DNA from: an uncultured bacterium
GTDB taxonomy: Bacteria; Fidelibacterota; Marinisomatia; Marinisomatales; UBA1611
NCBI GenBank assembly: GCA_943788175.1
Contig: CALSPG010000005.1
Location: 64,001-128,000, forward strand
Direction: 5' to 3'
Length of the DNA stretch: 64,000 nt
Numbering within the stretch: position 1 is the stretch's first letter; each line of letters starts with the position of its first letter. Positions 30,338 to 40,772 of this stretch are shown one piece after another. Under the pieces are notes generated by a model. The model was not told where the DNA came from. It ran no database searches and saw only the letters and a list, made by a program, of their open reading frames with translations. Position numbers and translations under genes: made by a program.

Positions 30338-30803
30338 TACTCTTTTCCATATTAAAAGTAGACCAATTTTCTATTTTTCTTTGCGTAATGCTATTACTTA
30401 AACAATCTTTCATCCAAGCACTTTTAGTTATTTCACTTTTGATAAAATATTTGATGGCACAACTAGCATCGCTTTCATAACTAGAAGGCACATCTAGTTC
30501 GTTGTTATGAGCAAGTATGATGAATTTAGAAATTGTCTTCTTTGAATATTGTCCAACTTCGGATAGTGCATTCATTGCTTCAAAAATATAGTTTATATTG
30601 TTAGAGTTCAATTCAATTTCTAGTTGAAGAACGATTCCTTCTTTATTTTCATAAAAATGTATTCCAAGTACCTCTAAAGTAGATGTATTTGAGTTATACT
30701 TATAATCGAGAATCGTTTTAATCTGTTTTTCACTATATATGGGCTTTATATCTGCTGCATATGGAGAACAGAGTAGTATTAATATTGTTAAAATAACGTT
30801 CAT
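30321..30803 (-). CDS. Exported hypothetical protein
   Basis: 160-aa ORF with signal peptide; overlaps both neighbours in an operon-like way. Confidence 0.65.
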   Translation of the reverse strand: MNVILTILILLCSPYAADIKPIYSEKQIKTILDYKYNSNTSTLEVLGIHFYENKEGIVLQLEIELNSNNINYIFEAMNALSEVGQYSKKTISKFIILAHNNELDVPSSYESDASCAIKYFIKSEITKSAWMKDCLSNSITQRKIENWSTFNMEKSNEIIN

Positions 30804-31748
30804 TTTTTTTGTTTACTTATTAATATTATACCAAACAATAAAAGTAAACATACGAAAAGAACGGATGTTTTCTGAATTTTTTTCTTTGAGGTTACCACAG
30901 AACTAGCATGTAAATCATAGTTATCAGCCAATAATGAATCTAATCCGAATTTCCAAATTAAGGTGTCTGCATTCATTGACATCGCATTGCCGGAGATTGC
31001 TTCACCCGGTAATAATAATTTTATTATAAAGTTATCATCTTTTAATCCCAGAGAAGATTTTAAGCGATCTTCATGCGCTTTCATTTTTTTCGATAAAGAT
31101 GTTCGAAAACTTTTGACTTACTTTGAATGGTCTCAATGTATTGTGAATGAAAACAGTTCTATTATCTTGAATATTTTTCAATTCATCAAAAGTTGAAACT
31201 CTAGAGAATGAATTTTTAAAGTGATTAACCAATCTAGGTCTATTTATTTTTTCTTCTTTGTAAATGTCATTTGCTTCTAAATCAGTAAGCGCTTTATCTA
31301 TAATTACCGTTAATGCTTCTGGTAGCCATAAAAGACTATCTAATTTATTATTCATTATTGCGTTGTAAAGAATTGGGTACTCATTTTGTATATTTCTGCC
31401 AATAAACCTCATTTTAAAACTATTTATTTTTGAAATAGATTTAATTTTTTGTTGAAAATTAAAATCAAAGCCTAAACTATGTTTGGGATTGAAATTAAAC
31501 ATTGAATCTTTTATAACTAGATGAGATATAGTTTTCCAAACTGAGTCAGTTTTAATTAATTCATATGAGCTATTTTTATCATTAAAAGGTGGGTGCTCAA
31601 AATCATTATCGAGTATATCTGTAGAATCTCCAATACTTGTAATCCTCAAGTATGTTTTGCCATCCGGTAGTATTTGAATAAAAATTTCGTTCTCGACACA
31701 AGACATGCTTATAAAAATAATTAATAATATGGAGAATTTTATTTTCAC
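30800..31748 (-). CDS. Lipoprotein with C-terminal TM anchor, split by a 1-nt frameshift in an A7 run near 31084-31090
   Basis: GTG start at 31748 gives the lipobox ISMSC. Removing one A joins ...IFIEK to MKAHEDRLK..., merging the two listed ORFs. Confidence 0.65.
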
Positions 31749-31809
31749 GTTACAATATGAATTTACGAAGTAATTATTTATTAGGGGAGTTGCGCAAATC
31801 ATATAATTA

Positions 31810-32682
31810 ATGTTATTTTTATATATGCTTATAAACTTATTGAGAAGCACTACCCTTGCCATTTTATTATTTGTTCCTCAATTATTTTCTCAAAAAACAG
31901 ATCAACATACTTTCATTGTTAATACTGATCATGGTTTTATTGACTATGCTAATAGAATAATTGTTTGTAGGGGGACATCTGAAATTGAAGAAAAAACTCC
32001 AGTAGATAACTCATTAAAACTTGTAGCAAAAAATTTAAAAATAGCAAAAGCTGAGGCTAGAACAATAGCCCGGTCAAACTTAATAGAATTAATGAAGCAG
32101 GTCAACTTTGATGGGCGTTCAGTTGGTGAATTGATGGATGATGAACCTCTTATTGAAAGCAGATTAGAAGGCCTAATTGGAAGTGCTTACCAGCAAGGTG
32201 AAATAGAATATTTAGAAGGTGACAAAGTTGCTATAGCGTTAGCGGTCAGGATGTCTGGATTATCAGAAATACTTACAGATATAGAAGGATACAAATCAGA
32301 CAACATGAATCCTGCTTACTTAATGACCAGTGCTGCTATTCCTAAAAGTCAGCGAATATCTGGAATTGTAATTGACGCTCGAGAGCATGCAGTAGATCCA
32401 TCCATGAGCCCAGAGGTAATTGATATGCAGGGCAACTTAGTTTATGGAACTATAAGTTATTCTCGTTCAAAAGCCGTTAACCGTGGCCCGGTTGGATACG
32501 CTTACTCAATGGATGATAGGAATGTTAGTCAGCGTGTAGGTAGTAACCCGCTTTTCATTGAAGCCGTTGGATCATTAGACGATGATATTTACATAACGAG
32601 CATGGATGCAAATAAAGTAAGAACGGCAGAAAAGAGTTTTGGCGTATTATCGAACTGTCGAGTTATGCTCTTGCTGCAATAG
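31810..32682 (+). CDS. LPP20-family-like exported protein
   Basis: ARTIARSNLIE, SGIVIDAR, PSMSP, RVGSNPL and CRVMLL pattern recognised from this family; signal peptide. Confidence 0.6.
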   Translation: MLFLYMLINLLRSTTLAILLFVPQLFSQKTDQHTFIVNTDHGFIDYANRIIVCRGTSEIEEKTPVDNSLKLVAKNLKIAKAEARTIARSNLIELMKQVNFDGRSVGELMDDEPLIESRLEGLIGSAYQQGEIEYLEGDKVAIALAVRMSGLSEILTDIEGYKSDNMNPAYLMTSAAIPKSQRISGIVIDAREHAVDPSMSPEVIDMQGNLVYGTISYSRSKAVNRGPVGYAYSMDDRNVSQRVGSNPLFIEAVGSLDDDIYITSMDANKVRTAEKSFGVLSNCRVMLLLQ

Positions 32683-32692
32683 ATGAAAGAGT

Positions 32693-32721
32693 TTTACTTT
32701 TATAAATCGAAAAAATATAAT
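32693..32721 (+). promoter_or_regulatory. Candidate sigma70 promoter upstream of carAB
   Basis: TTTACT (32693-32698), 17-nt spacer, TATAAT (32716-32721). Confidence 0.5.
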
Positions 32722-32736
32722 ATTAGTTCATAATTG

Positions 32737-32772
32737 AACGGTCATTCATTTTTTGAGTGGCCGTTTTTTTTT
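32737..32772 (+). terminator. Intrinsic terminator / possible attenuator immediately upstream of carA
   Basis: AACGGTCATTCA / TGAGTGGCCGTT stem with two G-U pairs, ending in a 9-T run. Confidence 0.8.
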
Positions 32773-32804
32773 AGCTATTTTAGAAGAATAATTTAGATTA
32801 AGTC

Positions 32805-33884
32805 ATGACAAACAGATCCGCAGTTTTAGTTCTTCAAGACGGGACAATATTTGAAGGATCTTCTTTTGGTGCAATCGGTAAAACGATTGGTGAAGTTTGT
32901 TTTAATACAAGCATTACAGGTTACCAAGAAGTCCTAACTGATCCATCATATTCAAAGCAAATAGTCACAATGACGGCACCTCATATAGGTAATTATGGTA
33001 TCAACTCTGATGATGTGGAATCAAGTAAGGTCCAAGTATCTGGATTTATTATTAAAGAGGAATCTATTTTGGCTTCAAGTTGGAGATCCCAGATAACGAT
33101 CAATGATTATCTTAAAAACGAAAAAATTGTTGGAATAAAAGATATTGATACAAGGTCATTGACTATTCACATTAGAAATAACGGAGCTATGAATGGTGTT
33201 ATATGCTCTGAAGGCAATGATATAAATTCATTAAAACAGGAAGTAAATAAATATCCTTCGATGAAAGGAATGGATTTGGCAAAAGTTGTCTCGACTAAGC
33301 ATATATATCAATTTTCAAAAGAGGGTAAAAATAAAGTTGCTGTGCTTGATTTTGGAATTAAAAATAACATTCTAAATATTTTAAAAAGTCTAGACTGCCG
33401 TATTAATGTCTTTCCAGCAGAAACAAAAGCAAAAGATATTTTAGAAACCAATCCTGATGGTATATTTTTGTCTAATGGTCCAGGAGACCCAACAGCTGTA
33501 AGGTATGCGATAAAGACTATTAAAGAAATATTAGGACAGAAACCAATATTTGGTATTTGCCTTGGTCATCAGCTATTAGCTTTAGCATTAGGAGCAAAAA
33601 CATTTAAACTTAAATTTGGTCATCGAGGGGTAAACCATCCTGTGAAAAATCTTATAACGAAAAAAATCGAGATTACTAGTCAAAACCATGGGTTTGCTGT
33701 AGATAGTAAAAGTCTTAAGAGATGATATTGAAGAAACACATATAAACTTAAATGACTACACTAATGCTGGAATTGAATGTAAAAGAAAGCTGCATTTTCA
33801 GTCCAATATCATCCAGAGTCTAGCCCTGGGCCTCACGATAGTAGATATTTATTTAATAAGTTTATTGAGTTAATGAATGCCTAG
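32805..33884 (+). CDS. carA: Carbamoyl-phosphate synthase small subunit, with two compensating frameshifts near the 3' end
   Basis: [21 protein letters not shown] and SQNHGFAV motifs. THINLND continues in the +1 frame (33721-~33785). AFSVQYHPE...GPHD returns to the original frame and ends at TAG 33882-33884. Confidence 0.92.
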
Positions 33885-36800
33885 AAGAAGTGATATTAAT
33901 TCTATTCTAATTATTGGCGCTGGTCCAATAATAATAGGACAAGCTTGTGAATTTGATTATTCAGGAACACAAGCAGCAAAAGCTTTAAAAGAAGAAGGTT
34001 ATAAAATAATATTGGTTAATTCTAATCCTGCGACAATCATGACAGACCCTGATATAGCAGATAGAACTTATATTGAACCAATTACTTTAGAATATGTAAC
34101 TGAAATAATAAAAAAAGAAAATCCAGATGCCATTTTACCAACTGTTGGAGGTCAAACAGCATTAAACCTAGCAATTGAGCTTCACGAACAGGGTGTTTTA
34201 AAAAAGCATAAAGTAGAACTTTTAGGCGCTCAAATAGATTCTATACAAAAAGCCGAAGATAGAGAAAAATTTAAAGAAGCTATGGATGAGGTTTCTATTG
34301 AAACCGCACGTGGCAATTTTGTCTACTCTTGGGAAGAAGCAAAGGATTTAGTTGGTAAAATTCAATTTCCAATAATTATTAGACCATCGTTTACAATGGG
34401 AGGAACTGGTGGCTCTGTTGCTTACAATTTTGAAGAATTTCAAGATTTAGTGAATAACGGTCTTTCTTCAAGTCCCATTAATGAGATTTTGATGGAAGAA
34501 TCTCTAATCGGCTGGAAAGAGTATGAGCTAGAAGTTGTTAGAGATAAATCTGATAATGTTATCATTATATGTTCTATCGAAAATATTGATCCCATGGGTG
34601 TCCATACTGGTGATTCAATAACCGTTGCACCTGCCATGACATTGTCAGATAAAGAATATCAAAAAATGCGAAATTGGGCGATTAAATGTCTTCGCACTAT
34701 TGGTGTAGAAACTGGCGGATCGAATGTTCAATTTGCCGTAAACCCTGATAATGGTAGAATGATTATCATTGAAATGAATCCTCGAGTAAGTAGGTCTTCT
34801 GCATTAGCTTCAAAAGCAACAGGCTTCCCAATAGCAAAAGTTGCTGCCAAATTGGCTATTGGCTATACACTTGATGAAATCCCAAATGATATAACAGGTG
34901 AAACGTTAGCAGCTTTTGAGCCTACAATCGATTATGTAATTACGAAAATACCACGGTTTGATTTTGAAAAGTTTCCTTCTGCTACCGGTCACCTTGGTGT
35001 TCAGATGCAAAGCGTTGGAGAAGCCATGGCAATTGGACGAACCTTTAGAGAATCAATCCAAAAAGCTTTTCGATCACTAGAAGTTGGTCTTGATGGTCTT
35101 GAGCCAAGGTGGGCTTTTGAAAATGATCCGGATTTGATTAGGGCAAGGTCTTTTGACCTAACTAGTTTGCGATTTGCAACAGCATTTAGGTTATTAAAAA
35201 TTAGAGAAGCCTTCTTAACAGGAAAAACAATTGAAGAAATTCATGAAATAACACGAATAGATCGTTGGTTTCTTCATCAAATAAAAATGTTATGTGATCA
35301 ACAATATGATGTCCCAATTTTAGAATTGAAAGAAAAAGGTTTTTCAGATGCGCAAATTGCAAGACAAACCCAATCAACAACTGATATAATCAGGAAAAAA
35401 AGAAAGAATAATCATATTATACCTTCCTTTAAGTTAGTTGATACTTGTTCGGCAGAGTTCAAAGCTAAAACACCATATTGTTACTCAACCTACGATAAGG
35501 GAAATGAAATTCAGCCTATTAAAGGGGAAAAAATTATTATTCTTGGTGGGGGGCCCAATAGAATTGGTCAAGGAATAGAATTTGATTATTGTTGTGTTCA
35601 AGCGGTTTTTGGATTAAAAGAACTCGGATTTAAAACTATAATGATTAATTGTAATCCCGAAACAGTAAGCACAGATTTTGATTTAGTAGATAGATTATAT
35701 TTTGAGCCTGTCACATTTGAAGACGTAATGAATATTATTGAATTCGAAAAACCTGACGGGGTGTTAGTCCAGTTTGGAGGTCAGACACCATTAAAAATTT
35801 CAAATCAATTGGCCGATGCCGGCGCACCAATTATTGGAACTTCTCCCATTAATATTGATGTAGCTGAAGATCGAGAAAAGTTTGGTAAAATTTTAAATAA
35901 ATTAAATATTTCTTGCCCGACATATGGTACAGGTAAAAGCCTTGAAGAAGTGGTTAAAGTAGCTGATAATATTGGTTACCCTGTTCTAGCTAGACCAAGC
36001 TATGTTTTAGGCGGAAGAGCTATGGAAATTGTATATTCTCAAGATCAACTAATTGATTACATTTCACGTTCTGCAGATGTCACCAGAGGACACCCTATAT
36101 TAATTGATCAATTTCTTGAGAATGCTTATGAATTTGATGTTGATGCGCTTTGTGATGGTGAAGAAGTCTACATTGGTGCAATTATGCAACATATTGAAGA
36201 AGCTGGAATACATTCAGGAGATTCTGCTTGCGTACTTCCCCCTTATCAAATAAAATCTCAAACAATTACAGAGATTGAAGAAATAACATCAATTCTTGCG
36301 ATTGAATTGAATGTGATAGGTCTAATAAATATTCAATTTGCATATAAAAATAACAATCTATACGTGTTGGAGGTTAATCCTCGAGCTAGCAGAACAACCC
36401 CTTTTGTAAGCAAGTCTACAAATATTCCATTAGCTAAAATTGCCGCACAATTATCTGTTGGTCAGAAGTTGAAAGATTTAAGCCTTCCTAGGTGGGATAG
36501 TATAAAACATGTTTGCATAAAAGAGGCCGTTCTGCCATTTAATAAATTTCCTGCAGAATCAATATTTTTAAGTCCCGAAATGAAATCTACCGGAGAGGTT
36601 ATGGGGATATCTGAAAACTTTGGTTTATCTTTTTATAAGGCAACATTAAGTGCGGGAGTTCAGTTGCCAGATTCTGGATTAGTTTTTATTTCGGTGAATG
36701 ATGAAGATAAGTTTAAAATTATTCCAATTGTCAGAGGCTTTATAGAGCTTGGATTCAATATTATAGCCACTTCGGGTACGGCACATGAAATAGTCAAAAA

Positions 36801-37065
36801 TGGAATGATTACGAGTACAATTTTTAAAGCTGGAGAAGGTCGGCCAAATATTGTTGATCGCATCAAAAATGACGAGGTAACTCTTGTAATAAATACCCCC
36901 CTAGGCCCACAATCAAGGTACGATGAAGAAGCTATTGGGAAAGCATGTATTCAAAAAAGTATTATGGCTATTACAACTATATCAGCAGCAGATGCAGTTT
37001 TACGTGCTATCAGAACAAAGAATAAAATTAAAGTAAAATCTATACAAGAGTATCATTCTAGCTAG
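33877..37065 (+). CDS. carB: Carbamoyl-phosphate synthase large subunit
   Basis: [17 protein letters not shown], two ATP-grasp halves ([19 protein letters not shown]), MGS domain. Confidence 0.98.
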   Translation: MPRRSDINSILIIGAGPIIIGQACEFDYSGTQAAKALKEEGYKIILVNSNPATIMTDPDIADRTYIEPITLEYVTEIIKKENPDAILPTVGGQTALNLAIELHEQGVLKKHKVELLGAQIDSIQKAEDREKFKEAMDEVSIETARGNFVYSWEEAKDLVGKIQFPIIIRPSFTMGGTGGSVAYNFEEFQDLVNNGLSSSPINEILMEESLIGWKEYELEVVRDKSDNVIIICSIENIDPMGVHTGDSITVAPAMTLSDKEYQKMRNWAIKCLRTIGVETGGSNVQFAVNPDNGRMIIIEMNPRVSRSSALASKATGFPIAKVAAKLAIGYTLDEIPNDITGETLAAFEPTIDYVITKIPRFDFEKFPSATGHLGVQMQSVGEAMAIGRTFRESIQKAFRSLEVGLDGLEPRWAFENDPDLIRARSFDLTSLRFATAFRLLKIREAFLTGKTIEEIHEITRIDRWFLHQIKMLCDQQYDVPILELKEKGFSDAQIARQTQSTTDIIRKKRKNNHIIPSFKLVDTCSAEFKAKTPYCYSTYDKGNEIQPIKGEKIIILGGGPNRIGQGIEFDYCCVQAVFGLKELGFKTIMINCNPETVSTDFDLVDRLYFEPVTFEDVMNIIEFEKPDGVLVQFGGQTPLKISNQLADAGAPIIGTSPINIDVAEDREKFGKILNKLNISCPTYGTGKSLEEVVKVADNIGYPVLARPSYVLGGRAMEIVYSQDQLIDYISRSADVTRGHPILIDQFLENAYEFDVDALCDGEEVYIGAIMQHIEEAGIHSGDSACVLPPYQIKSQTITEIEEITSILAIELNVIGLINIQFAYKNNNLYVLEVNPRASRTTPFVSKSTNIPLAKIAAQLSVGQKLKDLSLPRWDSIKHVCIKEAVLPFNKFPAESIFLSPEMKSTGEVMGISENFGLSFYKATLSAGVQLPDSGLVFISVNDEDKFKIIPIVRGFIELGFNIIATSGTAHEIVKNGMITSTIFKAGEGRPNIVDRIKNDEVTLVINTPLGPQSRYDEEAIGKACIQKSIMAITTISAADAVLRAIRTKNKIKVKSIQEYHSS

Positions 37066-37069
37066 AATA

Positions 37070-39442
37070 TTATTTTTTTATAGATTTTTCCTCATTTTTT
37101 GATCTGTTATTTCGTTGCATTTTATTTTCTTTATAGGTTTTCCACCTGCCGTGTTTTTTAGTTTTATATAACTCAAATCTTGATTTTATTACTTTCTTAG
37201 GCCAGTTATTATTTACCAAGTTAATATCTGCTGTTTCAAGCTGTGGGTCTAAGTTAAAAGATTTAACAAGCTTTTTTGTTGCAAAGACTTTTGTTATTTG
37301 TTTTCTATTTTTTCTCCATATTTCTGCAGGTATTCTAATAATGTAATTAGTAGAGTCTTCGTATTCTAGTTCTAATATAATCGGCATAACAAGGCCTCCA
37401 ACATTAGAAAACTTTATTTCGTAGTAGTTTAAATTTGAATTATAAATCTTTTTTTCTTGATTTTCAACTACTGAACTATCTCGATACTTGATGAAATCTT
37501 CCTTGTCTAGAATTGATACTTCATATGGGTCATATTTATCATAAAAGTCGTTTGCTTCTTCATCTATTTCAACAATTGTTTCTTGTATCTCAATACTGTT
37601 CTTTTTCTGCCACGATTGAATGGGCTCATTTTCTTCTTCTATTTTTTTTAGAGGTAATTCTATTTCGGGGTTTTTAGTGTCTAAGGTATACCACGTCACT
37701 TCATCAATTGAAATATCAACGGGGTCTGTTGAATAAAACCATCCTCGCCAAAACCAATCTAAATCTATAGCGCTAGCATTTTCAAGAATTCTGAAAAAAT
37801 CGCTTGGTGTTGGGTGTTTAAACATCCATGTTTTGGAATATTCCTTAAATGCAAAATCAAACAACTCTCTACCTACAATAGTTTCTCTTAATATATTTAA
37901 TGCTGTAGCTGGTTTACCATAGGCATTATTCCCAAATTGATAGATTGATTCAGAATTGGTCATGATTGGCATCAAATTATTTTTATCGCCTTTCATATAA
38001 TTTACAATATTCTTTGCCGGGCCACGTCTACTTGGATAGTCTTTATCCCACTCTTGTTCTGTTAGGAACTGTAAATATGTGTTCAGTCCTTCATCCATCC
38101 AAGTCCATTGTCTTTCATCTGAGTTGACAATCATAGGGAAATAATTGTGTCCAACTTCATGGATAATAACGCTTATCATACCATATTTAATTCTTTCAGA
38201 ATAAGTCCCGTCTTCTTGTGGCCTACCATAATTAAAACAAATCATAGGATATTCCATTCCATTAGCTGCCTCTACCGAGATTGCAACCGGGTAGGGGTAA
38301 TTAAATGTATATTTTGAATAGACATTTAATGTATGAGCAACGGCCCGAGTAGAGTATTTCTCATACAAAGGATTCGCTTCCTTAGGATAGTAAGACATTG
38401 CCATTACAGTACGATTTCCTACTTTCACACCCATAGCATCCCATATAAATTTTCTAGAACTAGTAAATGCGAAATCTCTTACATTTTTTGCTTTATATCT
38501 CCATGTTTTTACTTTTTTGCTTCTTGATTTTTCATTTTTAATCGCTTCACCCTGTGATATTATTATCATCGGACTCTTTGCAGTTTTAGATGTTTTGTAT
38601 CTATTAATTTGTTCTTTTGTAAGCACTTCCATCATATTTTGTAGTTCGCCTGTAGAGGCAACTATATGATCAGCTGGTACTGTTATTCGTACATCATAAT
38701 CACCAAAGTCTAATGTGAATTCTCCTCTTCCTAAAAATTGTTTATTTTGCCAACCGTATACATCATTATACATGGCCATTCTTGGGAACCATTGGCAAAT
38801 CGTATATAAATAATTGCTATCAGTTTCAAAAAATTCATATCCAGATCTTCCGCCCATGAACATTCTATCTTGAACTTTATAATTCCAACGTATGGAAATT
38901 GAAGTTTTTGATTTTGACCTTAGTGGTTTTTCAAGGTCTATTCTCATCATTGTTTTGTTTATTACATAATTAAGTTTTCTTCCATCTATCGCAACCACTT
39001 CTTCTATGTTAAATCCACCATCAAAATCATTTAGAATATCAAAAGCGTCTTTATCTCCATATATAAAACCTGGTTTCATTGATGAAAAATTTAATTTACT
39101 TCTCATTTTCCCTGTAGAGATCTTGTAAGCGTCTGAATCTTTTGCTCTAACATTTTGGTCGAGTTGGACCCATAAATAATTAAGGTCATCTGGGGAATTA
39201 TTTGTGTATGTTATTGTTTCAAATCCTGATATAGTTTGATTTTCATCATTTAATTTTACATCAATTGTATAGTCAGCTTTATTTTGCCAATATTCGTGGC
39301 CAGGATAACCAGCTGCAGTTCTGTATGAGTTTGGGGTTGCTATTTCTTGGTCTAATTGTTTGAACTTATCTTCAATTTGTGCAAATAATGTAGACGTTAT
39401 GAATAGTAAAAATATTTTTTGTTTAAAATTATTTAGTAACAA
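37070..39442 (-). CDS. Secreted M1-family zinc aminopeptidase
   Basis: GMEYP, HEVGH-x18-E (WMDEG); signal peptide. Confidence 0.93.
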   Translation of the reverse strand: MLLNNFKQKIFLLFITSTLFAQIEDKFKQLDQEIATPNSYRTAAGYPGHEYWQNKADYTIDVKLNDENQTISGFETITYTNNSPDDLNYLWVQLDQNVRAKDSDAYKISTGKMRSKLNFSSMKPGFIYGDKDAFDILNDFDGGFNIEEVVAIDGRKLNYVINKTMMRIDLEKPLRSKSKTSISIRWNYKVQDRMFMGGRSGYEFFETDSNYLYTICQWFPRMAMYNDVYGWQNKQFLGRGEFTLDFGDYDVRITVPADHIVASTGELQNMMEVLTKEQINRYKTSKTAKSPMIIISQGEAIKNEKSRSKKVKTWRYKAKNVRDFAFTSSRKFIWDAMGVKVGNRTVMAMSYYPKEANPLYEKYSTRAVAHTLNVYSKYTFNYPYPVAISVEAANGMEYPMICFNYGRPQEDGTYSERIKYGMISVIIHEVGHNYFPMIVNSDERQWTWMDEGLNTYLQFLTEQEWDKDYPSRRGPAKNIVNYMKGDKNNLMPIMTNSESIYQFGNNAYGKPATALNILRETIVGRELFDFAFKEYSKTWMFKHPTPSDFFRILENASAIDLDWFWRGWFYSTDPVDISIDEVTWYTLDTKNPEIELPLKKIEEENEPIQSWQKKNSIEIQETIVEIDEEANDFYDKYDPYEVSILDKEDFIKYRDSSVVENQEKKIYNSNLNYYEIKFSNVGGLVMPIILELEYEDSTNYIIRIPAEIWRKNRKQITKVFATKKLVKSFNLDPQLETADINLVNNNWPKKVIKSRFELYKTKKHGRWKTYKENKMQRNNRSKNEEKSIKK

Positions 39443-39506
39443 TCCTGGCCTTTCTGTTTTTGAAAATATTGAGTATTTTATTTCTATATTTAGATTAACA
39501 TCTACT

Positions 39507-40010
39507 ATGAAACATAAAATTAAACATTCACTAATATATTTTCTACTTTTATATAACTCTATATTTCCACACTCTTTTCATTCATCGATATTTTCATTTC
39601 AGTATGATAGTACTTCGAAGGCTATTGAAGTGTCGATGAAGGTTTTTGCAAATGATTTAGAAAAAGCTATAAATCAAATTAATGAATCAAATTTTTTCAT
39701 TGATAGTAAAAAAGATGAAAATAAAATAGATAGTCTGATTTTTGATTACATTGGCAAGACTATTCATTTAAGAATAAATGGGAAAGAATATAATGCAAAC
39801 TGGGTAGGTAAGGAGTTTGAGGGTGATATTGTTTGGTGTTATTTTGAAATTACTGATATAGTGGGAAACATAATGAATATTAGTATTGAAAATAAATTTT
39901 TGTTCTCTTCCTTCGAAGATCAGTTAAATGTTTTACATTTTTTTATCGATAGTGAAAAGAAGACTACAATGACCCACAAAGACAAAACTTTTGATAGTAT
40001 TTCATTTTAA
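39507..40010 (+). CDS. DUF6702-like exported protein
   Basis: Probable start is ATG at 39507. HSFHSS...KVFANDLEKA...WVGKE...N..LF..F.DQ.N pattern; adjacent to an M1 peptidase, as I recall for Bacteroidota. Confidence 0.7.
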   Translation: MKHKIKHSLIYFLLLYNSIFPHSFHSSIFSFQYDSTSKAIEVSMKVFANDLEKAINQINESNFFIDSKKDENKIDSLIFDYIGKTIHLRINGKEYNANWVGKEFEGDIVWCYFEITDIVGNIMNISIENKFLFSSFEDQLNVLHFFIDSEKKTTMTHKDKTFDSISF

Positions 40011-40055
40011 ATTTGATTCTTAGGTTTTCAAAATCTTGAATAATAATTATTTATA

Positions 40056-40751
40056 ATGCCACCCTATATATTTAAACTTTTCAGTTTTGACCATATTATT
40101 TCTTTAATAGCAATTATTTTTTTATTCATTACCTTCCTAAGGTATAATGAAAAAATTGGGATAATGAATGATAGCAAAACTTTTTTAATTACTTTATCTG
40201 TTTTGATGATATTCCTTGATCTTTCCGAGGATATAGTAAGAGTTTTTACTGGGCATTATTCTATTATTAAAGATCTTCCTTTACAACTCTGTAGTATAGG
40301 TGTTTACTTAGCAGCATACAATTTGATATATCGGAATCAAGCAATTTTCAATCTGATTTTTTATTGGGGCTTTGTGGGTGCTACAAATGCTATTTTGACA
40401 CCTGATGGTGATTTATTTGAACTGAGGATTTTCTTTTTTTACAGCCAAGCTTACCATGCTGCTTTAATATTTGCTGTTCTATGGATGATGATCAAATATG
40501 ATATGAGAATGGAATATAAATCGATTTTTCAAGTAGTTTTGTACACAAATGCTATAGTTGGGATAATAACCTTTATAAATATTGTGTTGGATAGTAATTA
40601 TATGTTTTTGCGTCAAATACCAAACTCAGTTAGTCCCTTTCTGATGGGAGAGTGGCCTGTATATATATTAATGGTTCAAGTTTTTTCTGTAATCCTTGTA
40701 GTTTTATTTATTAGGCTTCAAGATTTTTTTATGAAGCCTATCAAATATTAA
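40056..40751 (+). CDS. TIGR02206 / YwaF-family integral membrane protein
   Basis: FSFDH, LPLQLCS, AILTPD, NYMFL and WPVY motifs. Confidence 0.85.
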   Translation: MPPYIFKLFSFDHIISLIAIIFLFITFLRYNEKIGIMNDSKTFLITLSVLMIFLDLSEDIVRVFTGHYSIIKDLPLQLCSIGVYLAAYNLIYRNQAIFNLIFYWGFVGATNAILTPDGDLFELRIFFFYSQAYHAALIFAVLWMMIKYDMRMEYKSIFQVVLYTNAIVGIITFINIVLDSNYMFLRQIPNSVSPFLMGEWPVYILMVQVFSVILVVLFIRLQDFFMKPIKY

Positions 40752-40772
40752 TGTAATAAAAATATAATATGA

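Noticed and set aside
31749-31862. N-terminal extension of the 31071-31862 ORF overlapping the divergent gene
   Set aside because: The lipoprotein signal begins at GTG 31748; the extension covers the divergent promoter region.
39360-39506. N-terminal extension of the DUF6702-like ORF overlapping the M1 peptidase start
   Set aside because: The signal peptide starts at ATG 39507; the upstream part is an open frame by chance.
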